Shown: in pieces, positions 52,601 through 64,000 of the stretch
How positions within the stretch are numbered: the stretch's first letter is position 1
How the letters are laid out: every line of letters begins with the position of its first letter
The notes under the pieces: generated by a model
Seen by the model: the letters and a program-made list of their open reading frames with translations, nothing else
What the model was told of the DNA's origin: nothing
Database searches by the model: none
Source: Octopus vulgaris
Taxonomy: Eukaryota
Assembly: GCA_951406725.2 (NCBI GenBank)
Contig: OX597827.1
Coordinates: forward strand, 33,294,001-33,358,000
Reading direction: 5' to 3'
Length of the DNA stretch: 64,000 nucleotides
Program-made: the position numbers and the translations under genes

Positions 52601-54682
52601 TATGAGTGTGTATATATATATAACTATATTCTATATATACATATATATACTCTTAGTATAACAACAGTCCACTTTAATAAATCGATGTAGTTATTAAAGT
52701 TCCTGTTGTTATCATAACCATTATCTTCATTATTATAACTTACTGTTAATATTGGTGCTGTTAGAATTGGTATTTGGTAACTGTTTTGTTATAATATATA
52801 CACATATAAATAATATACACACTGTATCGCATACATACTGCTTTTGGTGGTAGTAGTGAGTTGAACAAGAATTTTCTTAGAAAGTCTAAACCATCTAATA
52901 TTTATAAAATCACCACAGAAACACAAATAAACATGTTATGTGCGGATATATATATATATATATATAATGTATGTATGTTTAATTAATCAGAAGTGTACGA
53001 GCGTGTATAATATTAAACGCAGAGTTTGAAGAAATTCTGGCTATTTATAGTATTGTAAATACTTGAGTTATATATATATGTGTGTATTTTTAAAATGGTG
53101 TTTATGTGTGGTTGTGTGTGAGTATATAAAGTTTAAATTCTGAATAGTAAGGTTTTCCTTTTTTTTCCGGGTGTATATAGTTCGTTATATTCCAAATCTG
53201 TAAGGTTTAAAGGCATATATAATAATAGTAAGAGTTCGGTTTTAAGTCTATAGACATGCAAAACATATATATATGAACCTGTGTATATGTATATTTTCCA
53301 AGTGGTACTAGTTGGTGTGTTTGTACATTATATATATATATATGTACTTTCTGTGTATATATGTTTTATATATATATATATGTATCTATGTATACATTAT
53401 GGTGTGTATGTTGGTGTAAATGTTGGCGGTGCTGTAACAGAAAAATTGGTTCACAGTAAGAGCATGAAGAGGCACCCCAGAAAAAAAAATAGAACCCAGT
53501 CTTGTTGTTACTACATATATAAATGTCTCTGTATGAGCGTGTGTGTATATACTTGTATGTATAAATGTTTCTTTCTTTCGCTTTCTAAGTGTGTGTGTGT
53601 TTAACTATCTCTTTCTCACTGTGTGTATATGTATGCATGTGTGTGAGTATATGACCCTTTCTTTCAGTGTGTGTGCTTATGTGAGTGTAACAGTGTGTGC
53701 GCGTGTTTCTGAATGCCAGACTATGTGGATACACAAGCCTTGCATCTACACACACCACTCGTATATATATACATATATATAATGTGTGTATGTGTATATC
53801 TATCTACGGTGTCACATACATATATGTGTTAGCATACGCGCGCCTTTATACGTGTGTATGTGTGTATATAAACGTAGTAATGCCCCAGGAAATGGCCTTG
53901 ACCCTCCTCCCATGCCGCTCCACTTCTCAGTACTGAATATTTAATTACATCTGAATGGTCAAAAATATTTTTTTCTTTTTTTTATTCTTAAGCTTCTGTC
54001 GAAACGGAAAATAAATTATGAACATATTTCTGAATAAAAGTATTGAAAGCGATTGTAAATCTATTTTTAAGCAAAAATAATATCAGGAGTTATTTCTTAT
54101 TTTTCTTCAAATTGTTATATCAGTTTTTTTTTGCAGAGCTTAAATATTTTTTATGGTTATATAAAAAAGTTATACAGGAAATTTACAATGTCATGCTGGA
54201 AAACGAATAGCTTCGAGTACAGTTGCATAAAAAAACGGAAAAAAGAAAATACATATACAAATAACATATAAATATGTGAAACATTAATGAATATCTATTT
54301 TGTTTTTACTTCACCACAAAATATTTTTAAACTAAAATTTTCGACGAAAGAAAATATATTGTAAACTTCATTGTGATTTATTTTATATTTGAACAAACAA
54401 TGAAAAGTTAGTTATGACTGTACATATACGGAAAACGTACATGTGTATACATATACTAGTGTGTGCATGTGTCTGTGTCTGCATGTGTGTATTTGTACAC
54501 ACACGTATACACACATTTAATACTTTTTTTTTTATATTACGTATATTTACATATTTTCTCCCCAAGTCTTGCATAGATTGGAATGGAATGTTCTATAAAC
54601 AGATATTTTGTTCCAAATGATAATAACGATTTATGAATGTCAGAAATTATTTATTTTTTCTTTCTCTTATGTATGTATGTAT

Positions 54683-57600
54683 AACCCCACCAAGCTTGCT
54701 TGGTGAGGAGGGTGTTTATTGGACACCCTGCGGGATGAAAAACAAAACCCGTCAAAGGGCGGAGGAACTCTTGAGAGTCAATGGCCATCCAAAAAATGTG
54801 GTTTTTTTTTCTTTTTCTTAAGGCTTAAGGCTGTATCATGCGCGGGGACATAGAAATAATCGGACTGAATACCTGATCGCGTGGTTAAAACATTGGGAGT
54901 GAAGGACTCCTAGCCTTTGTTAGGGCATCCTTCTAGAAGGTAACTCAGGTAACTGGGATAACTCCGACATAAAACCTGCGGCTCAGTGGTTACCGATGAT
55001 GTTGACTTGTTCTTTTCGGATTATGGCTGCTGTTGCTTAGTGAGTGGGATTGACTCAGTGCACAGCCTTTCCTCACTTAAAAAAAAATATTTTTGCACAG
55101 GTATTGCACGATAACTACATTGGATTGATTAAAGTGATTAACTAATTCATGACTGTTGATAGTGCTGTGAGTCTCAACTGAATGGCTGACTGTAGCCTTA
55201 AAAAGCAAAAATCAATGATGTACCAAAACAGTATGAAAATAAATGGCAGTAAGGACTCTGGAACCACATCGGCTGAAAGAGTCTGGCCCGGCAGGGGCTC
55301 CAGAGCATCACAATCTGAAACTGGCCGTCATCATGCTACTGTGATAGAACCAAAGAAAATAATGACTATTGGCTCTTGGAATGTACGGACACTGCTTGAC
55401 CACAAGTCCTCTGAATGTCCTGAAAGAAGGACTGCGCTTGTTGCGAAGGAGCTTCAACGCTATGATCTTGACATCGTTGCTTTATCTGAGACGAGATTAC
55501 CTGGAGATGGTCATCTTACAGAATCTTGTGGAAAATATACATTCTTTTGGAAAGAGGGAGATGAAGAGCTTAGAAGAGAAGCTGGAGTGGCATTTGCTGT
55601 TAAGACTACTCTTGTGGACAAGTTGGAAGAATTCTCAATCGGAATTAACGAGCGTCTTATGTCCATGAGAATTCCTTTGGCTAAAGGAAATTATATGACC
55701 TTGGTGAGTATGTATGCTCCAACTATGTGCTATACTGATGACGAAAAACTTTCTTTCTACCATGCTTTGAAGGGCATTATAAGAAATATCCCTCGGGCAG
55801 ACAAGGTCATTGTTCTGGGTGACTTTAATGCTAGAGTGGGTAGGGATTTTAACACATGGACTGTAATTGGAAAGCATGGGGTGGGGAAGTGTAATAGCAA
55901 TGGCATGCTTTTGCTGCAGATGTGTGAGGAGCTGAGTCTATGTGTTACAAATACCATGTTTCAACAAAAGAATAAGTTTAAGACTACATGGATGCACCCT
56001 GCATCTAAAGAATGGCATATTCTGGATTACATCCTAGTTAGGGTGCGTGACAGACAGGATGTGCAGTGTGTTCGTGTTCTTCATGGAGCTGAGTGTTGGA
56101 CTGACCACCGCCTAGTACGTGCAAAAGTGAAATTAGTCACAAAACATAAAATCTGAGCTGCAGAGATGACCCTGCCTAAGAGACTGGATGTTGATCGTCT
56201 TAGGTATAATAGTGTGAAGAGAACTTTACGAGAGGAAATGAATGCTGCAGATATTGGGGAGGATTGGCCGACCTTAAAAAAGTTAGTTTATGATATAGGC
56301 AAAAAAGTTCTGGGATTGATACAAAGAAAGCATCAAGATTGGTTCAAAGAAAATGATGAACATATAGATGATTTATTGGCTGATAAAAGACGTACTTTGT
56401 CACGCTATTTGTCAGCAAAGTCACAGGAAAGGGAAGTGTTGCATAGGGAACTCAAGGACGTAAAACACGTGTGAGGCAAAAGCTCTCTCAGATGAGGGAT
56501 ACGTGGTGGAGTAAGAAGGCTGACGAGATACAGGCGGCATCAGATTCCAATAACACAAAGCTGTTGTATGGTCTCTTGCGAGAAGTTTATGGACCGACAT
56601 CTTCCCTGATGGCACCAATTCGAAGCAGGGATGGTGAAGAACTTCTTCGTGATTCACAAGGAATTCTGCAAAGGTGGCAAGAACACTTTGATGAACTTTT
56701 GAATCAGCAGTCTGTAGTTAGTGAGGATGTTCTCAATCTCATCCCTGGATTGCCTGTGAAGGCAGCACTCGCAGAACCACCAAAGTTGGAAGAAGTTGCA
56801 ATGGCTGTCTCAAGATTGAATAATGGGAAGTCTCCGAGTATGGATGGCATACATGCGGAGTTGTTACAGCATGGTGGTGGGAAACTTCTGCAGAAACTTC
56901 ACTCTTTGTTTGGTAAGGTATGGACTAGTGAATCTGTACCTGAGGACTGGAGAGATGCAGTAATGGTGGTCCTGTATAAGGGAAAGGGCAACAGGAATGA
57001 TTGTGGTAATTATAGGGGAATATCATTGCTGTCTGCTGTATGAAAGGTTTTATGCAGGATACTTCTGGATCGTCTGCTGAAATATATTGCAGATTGTGTT
57101 CTTCCAGAAAGTCAATCTGGCTTTCGTGTGGGACGCGGCACTGCTGTTATGATCTTTTCAGCTAGACAGCTTCAGGAAAAGTGTGTGGAACAGGGTCTGG
57201 ATTTGTATCAGGTTTTTGTCGATCTGACAAAAGCCTTTGATACCGTCAATAGAAAAGCATTGTGGAAAGTCCTCCAGAAACTTGGGTGTCCTGAAAAGTT
57301 CCTTGCTTTGGTTAGGTCTTTTCATGAAGACATGAATGGTAGGGTGAATGTTAGAGGGAAAATGTCGGAGCCCATTTCAATACAAAATTGAGTGAAACGG
57401 GGATATTCTGGCACCGACCCTATTTTCCATATATTTCGCGATGGTGTTCTGTATTGCATTCAGAAACTACAGTTACGGTGTTTACGTCCATTATCGAACC
57501 TCTGGCAGCATATTTAATATCAGGCGCCTTGCTGCAAAAACAAAGATATTTACCTCTATCATAAGAGACCTTTTGTATGCTGATGATTGTGAGCTAGTAG

Positions 57601-58797
57601 CACACACAGAGATTGATATGCAACACATTTTGAATGCATTCTCTGATGCTTGCACTGCCTTAGGATCGACAGTCAATCTCAAGAAAACTGTTGTCATGCA
57701 TCAACCTGCCCCTGGTAAGCAGTATAGTGTGCCAAATATCTATGTGAATGGTAAACGACTTGATGTAGTCGATCAGTTTGTCTACCTGGGAAGCACTATT
57801 AATAGATATGGCAATGTGGATGATGAATTTCCATATAGAATTAGGAAAGCAAGTGTTGCTTTCGGAAGGCTAGAAAAGCGCCTCTGGAGTCGGCAAGACA
57901 TATACAGAAAGACAAAGATAAAGGTGTACAAGGCATGTGTGCTCCCTTCTCTTCTCTATGCCTGCGAGACGTGGATCACGTATCGATACCACCTTAAACA
58001 TCTGGAACGTTTCCATCAGATGTGCCTCAGACAGATCTATAGCATTAAGTGGAAGGACCGCATCAGTGATCTTGAAATACTCGAAGGCTCTCGGTGTGAA
58101 AGTATAGAAGCTCTTGTGTTAAAGCAAAGGCTCAGATGGAGTGGTCATCTGGTCAGAATGAAGGATTCAAGGATGCCAAAACAACTCTTTTATGGAGAGT
58201 TAGCTAAAGGAGAATGACCTCCACATAAACCAAAAAAGAGGTATAAGGACTTGCTGGAGGCTTCCTTAAGAGATGCTTGCATCTCTCCTGACATATGGGA
58301 AGGCATAGCTATTGATCGTAGCAGGTGGAGAAGGATTGTGCATGAGGGACAGCCACGTTTGAGAAATCTTGAGTTGCACATGAGAAAGTAAGGAGGGATG
58401 TCAGAAGGGAAGGGTCTTCCTTTGATTCTGACATGCAATGTCTGTGCAAGACCCTGCCTCAGTAAAGCTGGACTCATGAGTCATCTTCGTAGTCATAAAA
58501 CGAGACAGATGAGTGACAACCTGGCCACTGGTGGTGGTGTAACACACCATACTAATCATATCTGTCGGGCATATGGAAGACAGTGTAATTCGGCAGGAGG
58601 ACTTAAACGACATGCAAAGGTACATGAAGCCCAGTTACAACTACAGCCGGCTATTACCAGTAAAGGTCTTAGTTGCCAATTTTGTACAAGACATTGTAGA
58701 TCTTTAGCTGGGCTAAAAAGTCACATTCGATCACAGCACCAGTAACAGTTAAGCTTCGTGCAATGGCCATACTCGATAACGAGGGGGCAGCCATAAT
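54683..58797 (+). mobile_element. Full-length decayed RTE LINE (APE + RT + three C2H2 fingers)
   Basis: GSWNVRTL, ALSETRL, GDFNARVG, TDH; NYRGISLL, FVDLTKAFDTV, YADD, RLRWSGHL; several stops and two frameshifts; ATGTATGTATAA at both ends. Confidence 0.93.
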
Positions 58798-58826
58798 GTA
58801 TGTATAAGTATATGCATATACATACA

Positions 58827-59207
58827 CTAGCAGTATCGCCCGGCGTTGCTCGGGTTTGTAAGGGAAATAACTATAAAGCATTTTTAGAGAGTTATAGCCA
58901 AAATATAGCAAAAAAATGTGAAAAAAGTTATGGTAAATTTTTTTGAGAGTTAAAAAGGTGGAGTTGCGTCCCCTAGACAGTCTGTGGTTTGTTTTTGATT
59001 CTCGACCCCATGTCGAATTTATCGATTTTTTTCAGAACTGGGGGAACTTTTCAAAATTTTCACTGCGTTATTTTTGAATTATGACATTGGGCTATGTGTG
59101 TGTCAAGTTTCATAAGAATCGGTTGAAAGCCGTAGTCAGGGTGAGGGTACAAGCAAACAGACACACAGAAACACACACAGACAAACTGCCGTTTATATAT
59201 AGAGAGA
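58827..59207 (-). mobile_element. Non-autonomous Helitron
   Basis: Minus strand A|TCTCTCTATATATAAACGG ... CCCGAGCAACGCCGGG-CGATACTGCTAG|T. Confidence 0.85.
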
Positions 59208-59221
59208 TATACACATGTATA

Positions 59222-59558
59222 CTCTTTTAATTGTTTCAGTCATTTAACTGCGGCCATACTGGAGCACCCCGGGACTTATTCTTTGTAAGCCAAGTTTCTT
59301 TTGCTGAACCGCTAAGTGGCGGGGACATAAACACACCAGCATCGGTTGTCAAGCAATGCTAGGGGGATAAACACAGACACACAAACATACACACACACAT
59401 ATATATATACATATATAAGGCGGGCTTCTTTGAGCTTCCATCTACCAAATCCACTCACAAAAGCTTTGGTCGGTCCGAAGCTATAGTAGAAGACACTGGG
59501 ACTGAACCCAGAACCATGTGGTTCGTAAGCAAGCCACTTACCACACAGCAACTCCCAC
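59222..59558 (-). mobile_element. tRNA/CORE-like SINE
   Basis: Head GGAGTTGCTGTGTGGTAAG..GGGTTCAGTCCCA, internal (TA/TG)n, CR1-type tail. Confidence 0.8.
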
Positions 59559-59562
59559 GCCT

Positions 59563-59779
59563 CTGGCAGAAACGTTAGCACGCCGGGCGAAATGCGTAGC
59601 CGTATTTCGTCTGCCGTTACATTCTGAGTTCAAATTCCGCCGAGGTCGACTTTGCCTTTCATCCTTTCGGGGTCGATAAATTAAGTACCAGTTACGCACT
59701 GAGGTCGATATAATCGACTTAATACTTTGTCCTTGTTTGTCCCCTCTATGTTTAGCCCCTTGTGGGTAATAAAGAAATA
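59563..59779 (+). mobile_element. Deu/Nin-like tRNA SINE, CpG-intact
   Basis: CTGGCAGAAACGTTAGC..GAGTTCAAATTCC..GCCTTTCATCCTTTCGGGGTCGATAAATTAAGTACCAG. Confidence 0.8.
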
Positions 59780-59901
59780 TATATATATACATATATAATA
59801 TATCACGGGAAGGTTTACGAAAATAAACAAAAGACGAAGGCAGGTGGAATACAAACAAACAATTGTATTAGTATGGCGCTCAGGAATAGAAATAAAACAA
59901 G

Positions 59902-59939
59902 TCTTTTACGTTTCGAGCCTACGCTCTTCGACAGAAAGA
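59902..59939 (-). ncRNA. Minimal hammerhead-like motif with variant core CUGUCGA in a Penelope-like terminus (~59795-60002)
   Basis: TCTTT-CTGTCGA-A-GAGC(GTAG)GCTC-GAAA-CG-TA-AAAGA: stems I and II pair perfectly; stem III is the ACGT palindrome. Confidence 0.55.
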
Positions 59940-60075
59940 TACACAGAAAAGAAACAAGGAGAGAAAAAAATGCGTGTAGGAGCTAACGGTCCAACATGGC
60001 GTTCTTATGTATATATACACGTAGACACATACGCACGCACAAACACATATACCAATACACACCCATGCATATGTA

Positions 60076-60114
<39 letters not shown>

Positions 60115-60996
60115 GGGGGTCGATTAAGTAAGGAGAAACTGGAATTGATATAACACTTTATTTCGTACGACGATCGTTTCGACCCATCCTGCGACTGTCC
60201 TTTATGGGTGGGATGCTGTCCATCACATTTAGTCCACAATATTACACACACACACATTTACATATTCGTACTTGAACATGTGTGTGTGTGTGTGTGTGTG
60301 CGCGCGCGCGCGCGTGTGTGAATACGGGTCAATAAATAACACCAATAGTCTTCTTTGGGATTATCTTAAATTAGGAAACTGAAAGAAAGTGGGGGGGGAG
60401 GTTAGTATTTATTCAATTTCAGTTATTACAAGTTGGTGGTGGAATAGGAAATACGTACGTGGGCGTTGAATGAATTTCACAAGTATGCGGATCTTTTTAT
60501 ATAAACATATAAATATATAAATAAAGAAGGGTTGGATATAGTGTGTTTAGTACAAGTCATTGAAGGCAAGATACTATTGGGTTTGCCTGACAGAAAAGGG
60601 AAACAGGTGTGTCCAGTAGGCTCAAAATGGGAGTTGCATACTGGTGATATAATGTAAGAGAGGGTGCATTCTTGTTCACTAAGGGGAATGCGTTTCTGTT
60701 TTTTTTTTTTTCTTCCACTCCCTTGTTTCAGTTATTGGACGATGGCCATGCTGGATCATTGCTTTGAAACGTTTAGTCAGACAAATCGATCCCCAATACT
60801 TGTTTTAAGCAAAAAATTTTCAGTCTGGTACTTATTCTATTGGTCTCTATTTCTCTTTTGCCGAGAGCATTAAGTTACAGGGACGTAAACAAACCAACTG
60901 TTTGTCAAACGATTGTGGGGGACAAAGCCACACATACATATATGCATACATACACATATATATATGTGACTACATATATGTGTGTCTATCTATCTG

Positions 60997-61066
<70 letters not shown>

Positions 61067-61267
61067 ACACACATACACAACACACACACACATACGACAG
61101 GCTCCTTCACAGTTTCTGTCTACGAAATTCACTCACAGATCATTGGCTAGACCCCGGCTATTGTAGAAGACATTCACCCGAGGTGTCATTGCAGGGGGAT
61201 TGAACCCCAACCCATGTTACTGCTAAATGAGCTTCTTTTTTCAATAAAAAGAAAAAAAAAACAGATA

Positions 61268-61748
61268 GGTGCAGGCGTGGCTGTGTGGTCAGAAGGTTGC
61301 TTCCTAACCACATGGTTCTGGGTTCAGTTCCACTGTGTGGCACATTAGGCAAGTGTCATCTGCTATAGCCTCAGGCCCACCAAAGCCTTGTGAGTTGATT
61401 TGGTAGACAGAAACTGAAAGCAACTCATTGTATGTGTGTGTGTCTGTGTTTATCCACTCACCATTGCTTGACAACTGATGTTGGTGTGTTTATGTCCCTG
61501 TAACATAGTGATTCAGCAAAAGAGACCGGTGAAAGTAAAAAATGTGTACATCCGGTGTTTAGGGTTAGGGTTGGGATTTTTGTTATGCCGAAAACGGGTG
61601 GTGTACATATTCTTTACCTCCACCAAAGAGACCAATAGAATAAGTACTAGGCATACAAAGAATAAGGCCTGGGTGCAATTTGTTCGACTAAAGGTGGTGC
61701 TCCAGCATGGCCACACTCGAATGACTGAAACAAGTAAAAGAATAAAAG
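61268..61748 (+). mobile_element. tRNA/CORE-like SINE hosting a MITE
   Basis: GGTGCAGGCGTGGCTGTGTGG..GGTTCAGTTCC..GGCAAGTG..tail GAAACAAGTAAAAG. Confidence 0.85.
61528..61624. mobile_element. 97-bp MITE with 9-bp TSD (Mutator- or Merlin-like) carrying TTAGGG repeats
   Basis: TSD AAAGAGACC (61519-61527, 61625-61633); TIR GGTGAAAGTAAAAAATGTGTACA / TGTACATATTCTTTACCTCCACC. Confidence 0.8.
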
Positions 61749-62055
61749 TAAGAAAAGCAAGAAGTTTGTTGACATTTAGATTGGCAGGCGTCTGGCATAT
61801 GATTAAAAGTTACTCTAAGCCATTCACCAATCTAACACTGATCAAATCAAAAATGTTTGTGTCGTGACTGTTCCACTCCTTTTCATTTAAGACAAGATAT
61901 CTAAGATAACATTGTCCAATGTTTCGTTTCTTTCTTCAATTACTGTTTTTGGAAAAGGAAATGAAGGCACCTTGGGCATGTGTCTTCTACTATAGCCTTG
62001 GGCTGACTAAAGCTTTGTGAGTGGATTTGGGAAACGGAAACTGAAAGAAGCCCGT

Positions 62056-62114
<59 letters not shown>

Positions 62115-62214
62115 ATGTTTGTGTGTCTGTGTTTGTCCCCACAACATCGCTTGAGAACCAATGCTGGTGTATTTACGTCCCTGTAACTTAGCAGTTTGGC
62201 AAGAGAGACATGTA

Positions 62215-63612
62215 TGGAACATGGTCGATGCCAGTGCCCCCTGACTGGCTCTCATGCCGGTGGCATGTAAAAAGCACCATCTGAACGTGATTGATGCCAA
62301 GTCTGCCTGACTGGCTCTCCTGCTGGTAGCATGTAAAAAGCACTATCCGAACATGATTGATGCCAGGGCCACCTAGCTGGCTCCAAGTCACACATAAAAA
62401 GCACCCATTAAACTCAGGGAATGGTTGGCATTAGGAAGAACATCCAGCTGTAGAAACCTTGCCAGATCAGATTGGAGCCTGGTGCAGCCACTGGCTTTCC
62501 AGACCTCAGTCAAACAGTCCAACCCATGCCAGCATGGAAAACAGACATTAAACGATGATGGCTGTTGCCAGTAACATGATCTTTGAATGCCGGGCCTCAT
62601 GGAGGCGATGACAAGTGACTGAAACCTTTGGCCACATGCTGTACTTGAGAAGACTAGTCTTGCCATGTGAAATCATGGTTGTGGCTGTTTCCAGTGTCAT
62701 GTAAATGGCACCCATGGAATCATAGTCATGGCTGTTTCCAGTGTCATGTAAATAGTACCCATGCCGGTGGCATGTAAAAAGACTGGAACTGGTAAGCCAC
62801 AGGGTTGCACCAGGTTCCAGTCTGATTTGGTATAGTTTCTGAAGCTTCCTAATGCCAACCACTCTGAGACTGTAATGGGTGCTTTTTACGTGCCCCCAGC
62901 ACGAGTGCCTTTTACATGACTCTGGCAACAGCCATGACTATGGCTTCACTTGGCTTGACAAGTCTTCTGAAGTCCAACATATTGCCAAAGGTCTCGGTCA
63001 CTTATCATTGCCTCCATGAGGCCCAGCATTTGAATATCATGCTTCACCACCTTCCTGGATCTACCTCTTCCACAGGTTCCCTCCACAGTTAGAGACTGGC
63101 TCTTCTTTACACAGCTGTCTTCATCCATATGCACCACATGACCATACCTGCACATTCGTCTCTCTTGCACACCACATCTGTTGCCTCTTATGCCCAGTTT
63201 TTCTCTCAATTGACACTCTGTTGTAGATGCACACTGACATTGCACATCCAGCGAAGCATACTAGCTTCATTTCTTTCAAGCCTTCGCATGTTCTCTGCTG
63301 TCACAGCCCACGTTTCACTGCCATTGAGCATGGTTGTTCACACACAAGCATCATACAGTTTGCCTTTCATTCTGAGGGAGAGGCCCTTTGTTCCCAACAG
63401 AGATAGGAGCTCTCTGAACTTTGCCCAGCCTATTCTTATTCTACCAGCGATGCTCTCCGAGCATCCACTTCCACTACTGACTTGGTCACCTAGGTAACAA
63501 AAGCTATCAACTAATCTAGCTTTTTCCCTGGAATGTTGATAGAGTCTATTTTCTGTAGATTTTCTAGTGTTTATTGTACCTGTACATCTGCCACACACAA
63601 AGAATATTTTCC
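62215..63612. mobile_element. RTE-family fragments: plus-strand 3' pieces (62215-62780) facing a minus-strand copy (~62785-63612)
   Basis: Minus: CGRCTG..DSFCYLGDQVSSG..RIRIGWAKFRELL..RYGHV; plus: ORF end and 3' UTR repeats. Confidence 0.8.
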
Positions 63613-63629
63613 TCAAAGTCTATATAATA

Positions 63630-63799
63630 GGTGTAGGAGTGGCTGTGTGGTAAGTAGCTTGCTTCCCAACCACATGGTTCTGGGTTCAGTCCCACTACAT
63701 GGCACCTTGGGCAAGTGTCTTCTACTATAGCCTCGGGCCAACCAAAGCCTTGTGAGTGGATTTTGTAGACGGAAACTGAAAAAAGCCAATCGTATATAT

Positions 63800-63844
<45 letters not shown>

Positions 63845-64000
63845 TGTTTGTCCCCCCAACATCACTTGACAACTGATGCTGGTGTGTTTACGTCCCCGTA
63901 ACTTAGTGGTTTGGCAAAACAGACCGATAGTATAAGTACTAGGCTTACAAAGAATAAGTCCTGGGGTTGATTTGCTTGACTAACAGGTAGTGCTCCAGCA
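63630..64000 (+). mobile_element. tRNA/CORE-like SINE (cut by window end)
   Basis: A box TGGCTGTGTGG, B-box-like GGTTCAGTCCC, ACCTTGGGCAAGT core, internal (TG)n. Confidence 0.85.

Noticed and set aside
54790-55180. HDV-like ribozyme in the RTE 5' UTR
   Set aside because: Could not find P1/P3/L3 nested pseudoknot pairing by eye.

Overview
Eukaryotic, AT-rich, repeat-saturated DNA whose SINE/LINE repertoire matches what I recall of octopus (cephalopod) genomes; the organism is inferred. No complete cellular gene is visible. A candidate 73-nt minus-strand exon (2209-2281) and a strong minus-strand donor at ~52438 in a CpG-richer zone suggest much of the window is a large 5' intron. The rest is mobile DNA: a decayed full-length RTE LINE with three C-terminal C2H2 fingers (54683-58797), a near full-length CR1/L2-group LINE with ORF1+ORF2 (35993-39990), a young RTE with a PHD-like finger cut by an assembly gap (25910-28527), another CR1-group LINE, Dong/R4 and CRE remnants, a deleted mariner, hAT, piggyBac-like and 9-bp-TSD MITEs, Helitrons, many tRNA-derived SINEs and ~5 kb of (TA/CA) satellite. 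All long ORFs in 19-26 kb and at 11 kb are microsatellite artefacts. Most unusual: a TSD-flanked ~480-bp palindromic element, present twice, pairing a tRNA-like Pol III head with a minimal Penelope-type hammerhead-like motif on each arm, plus a second palindromic tRNA-derived element and several hammerhead-like relics.
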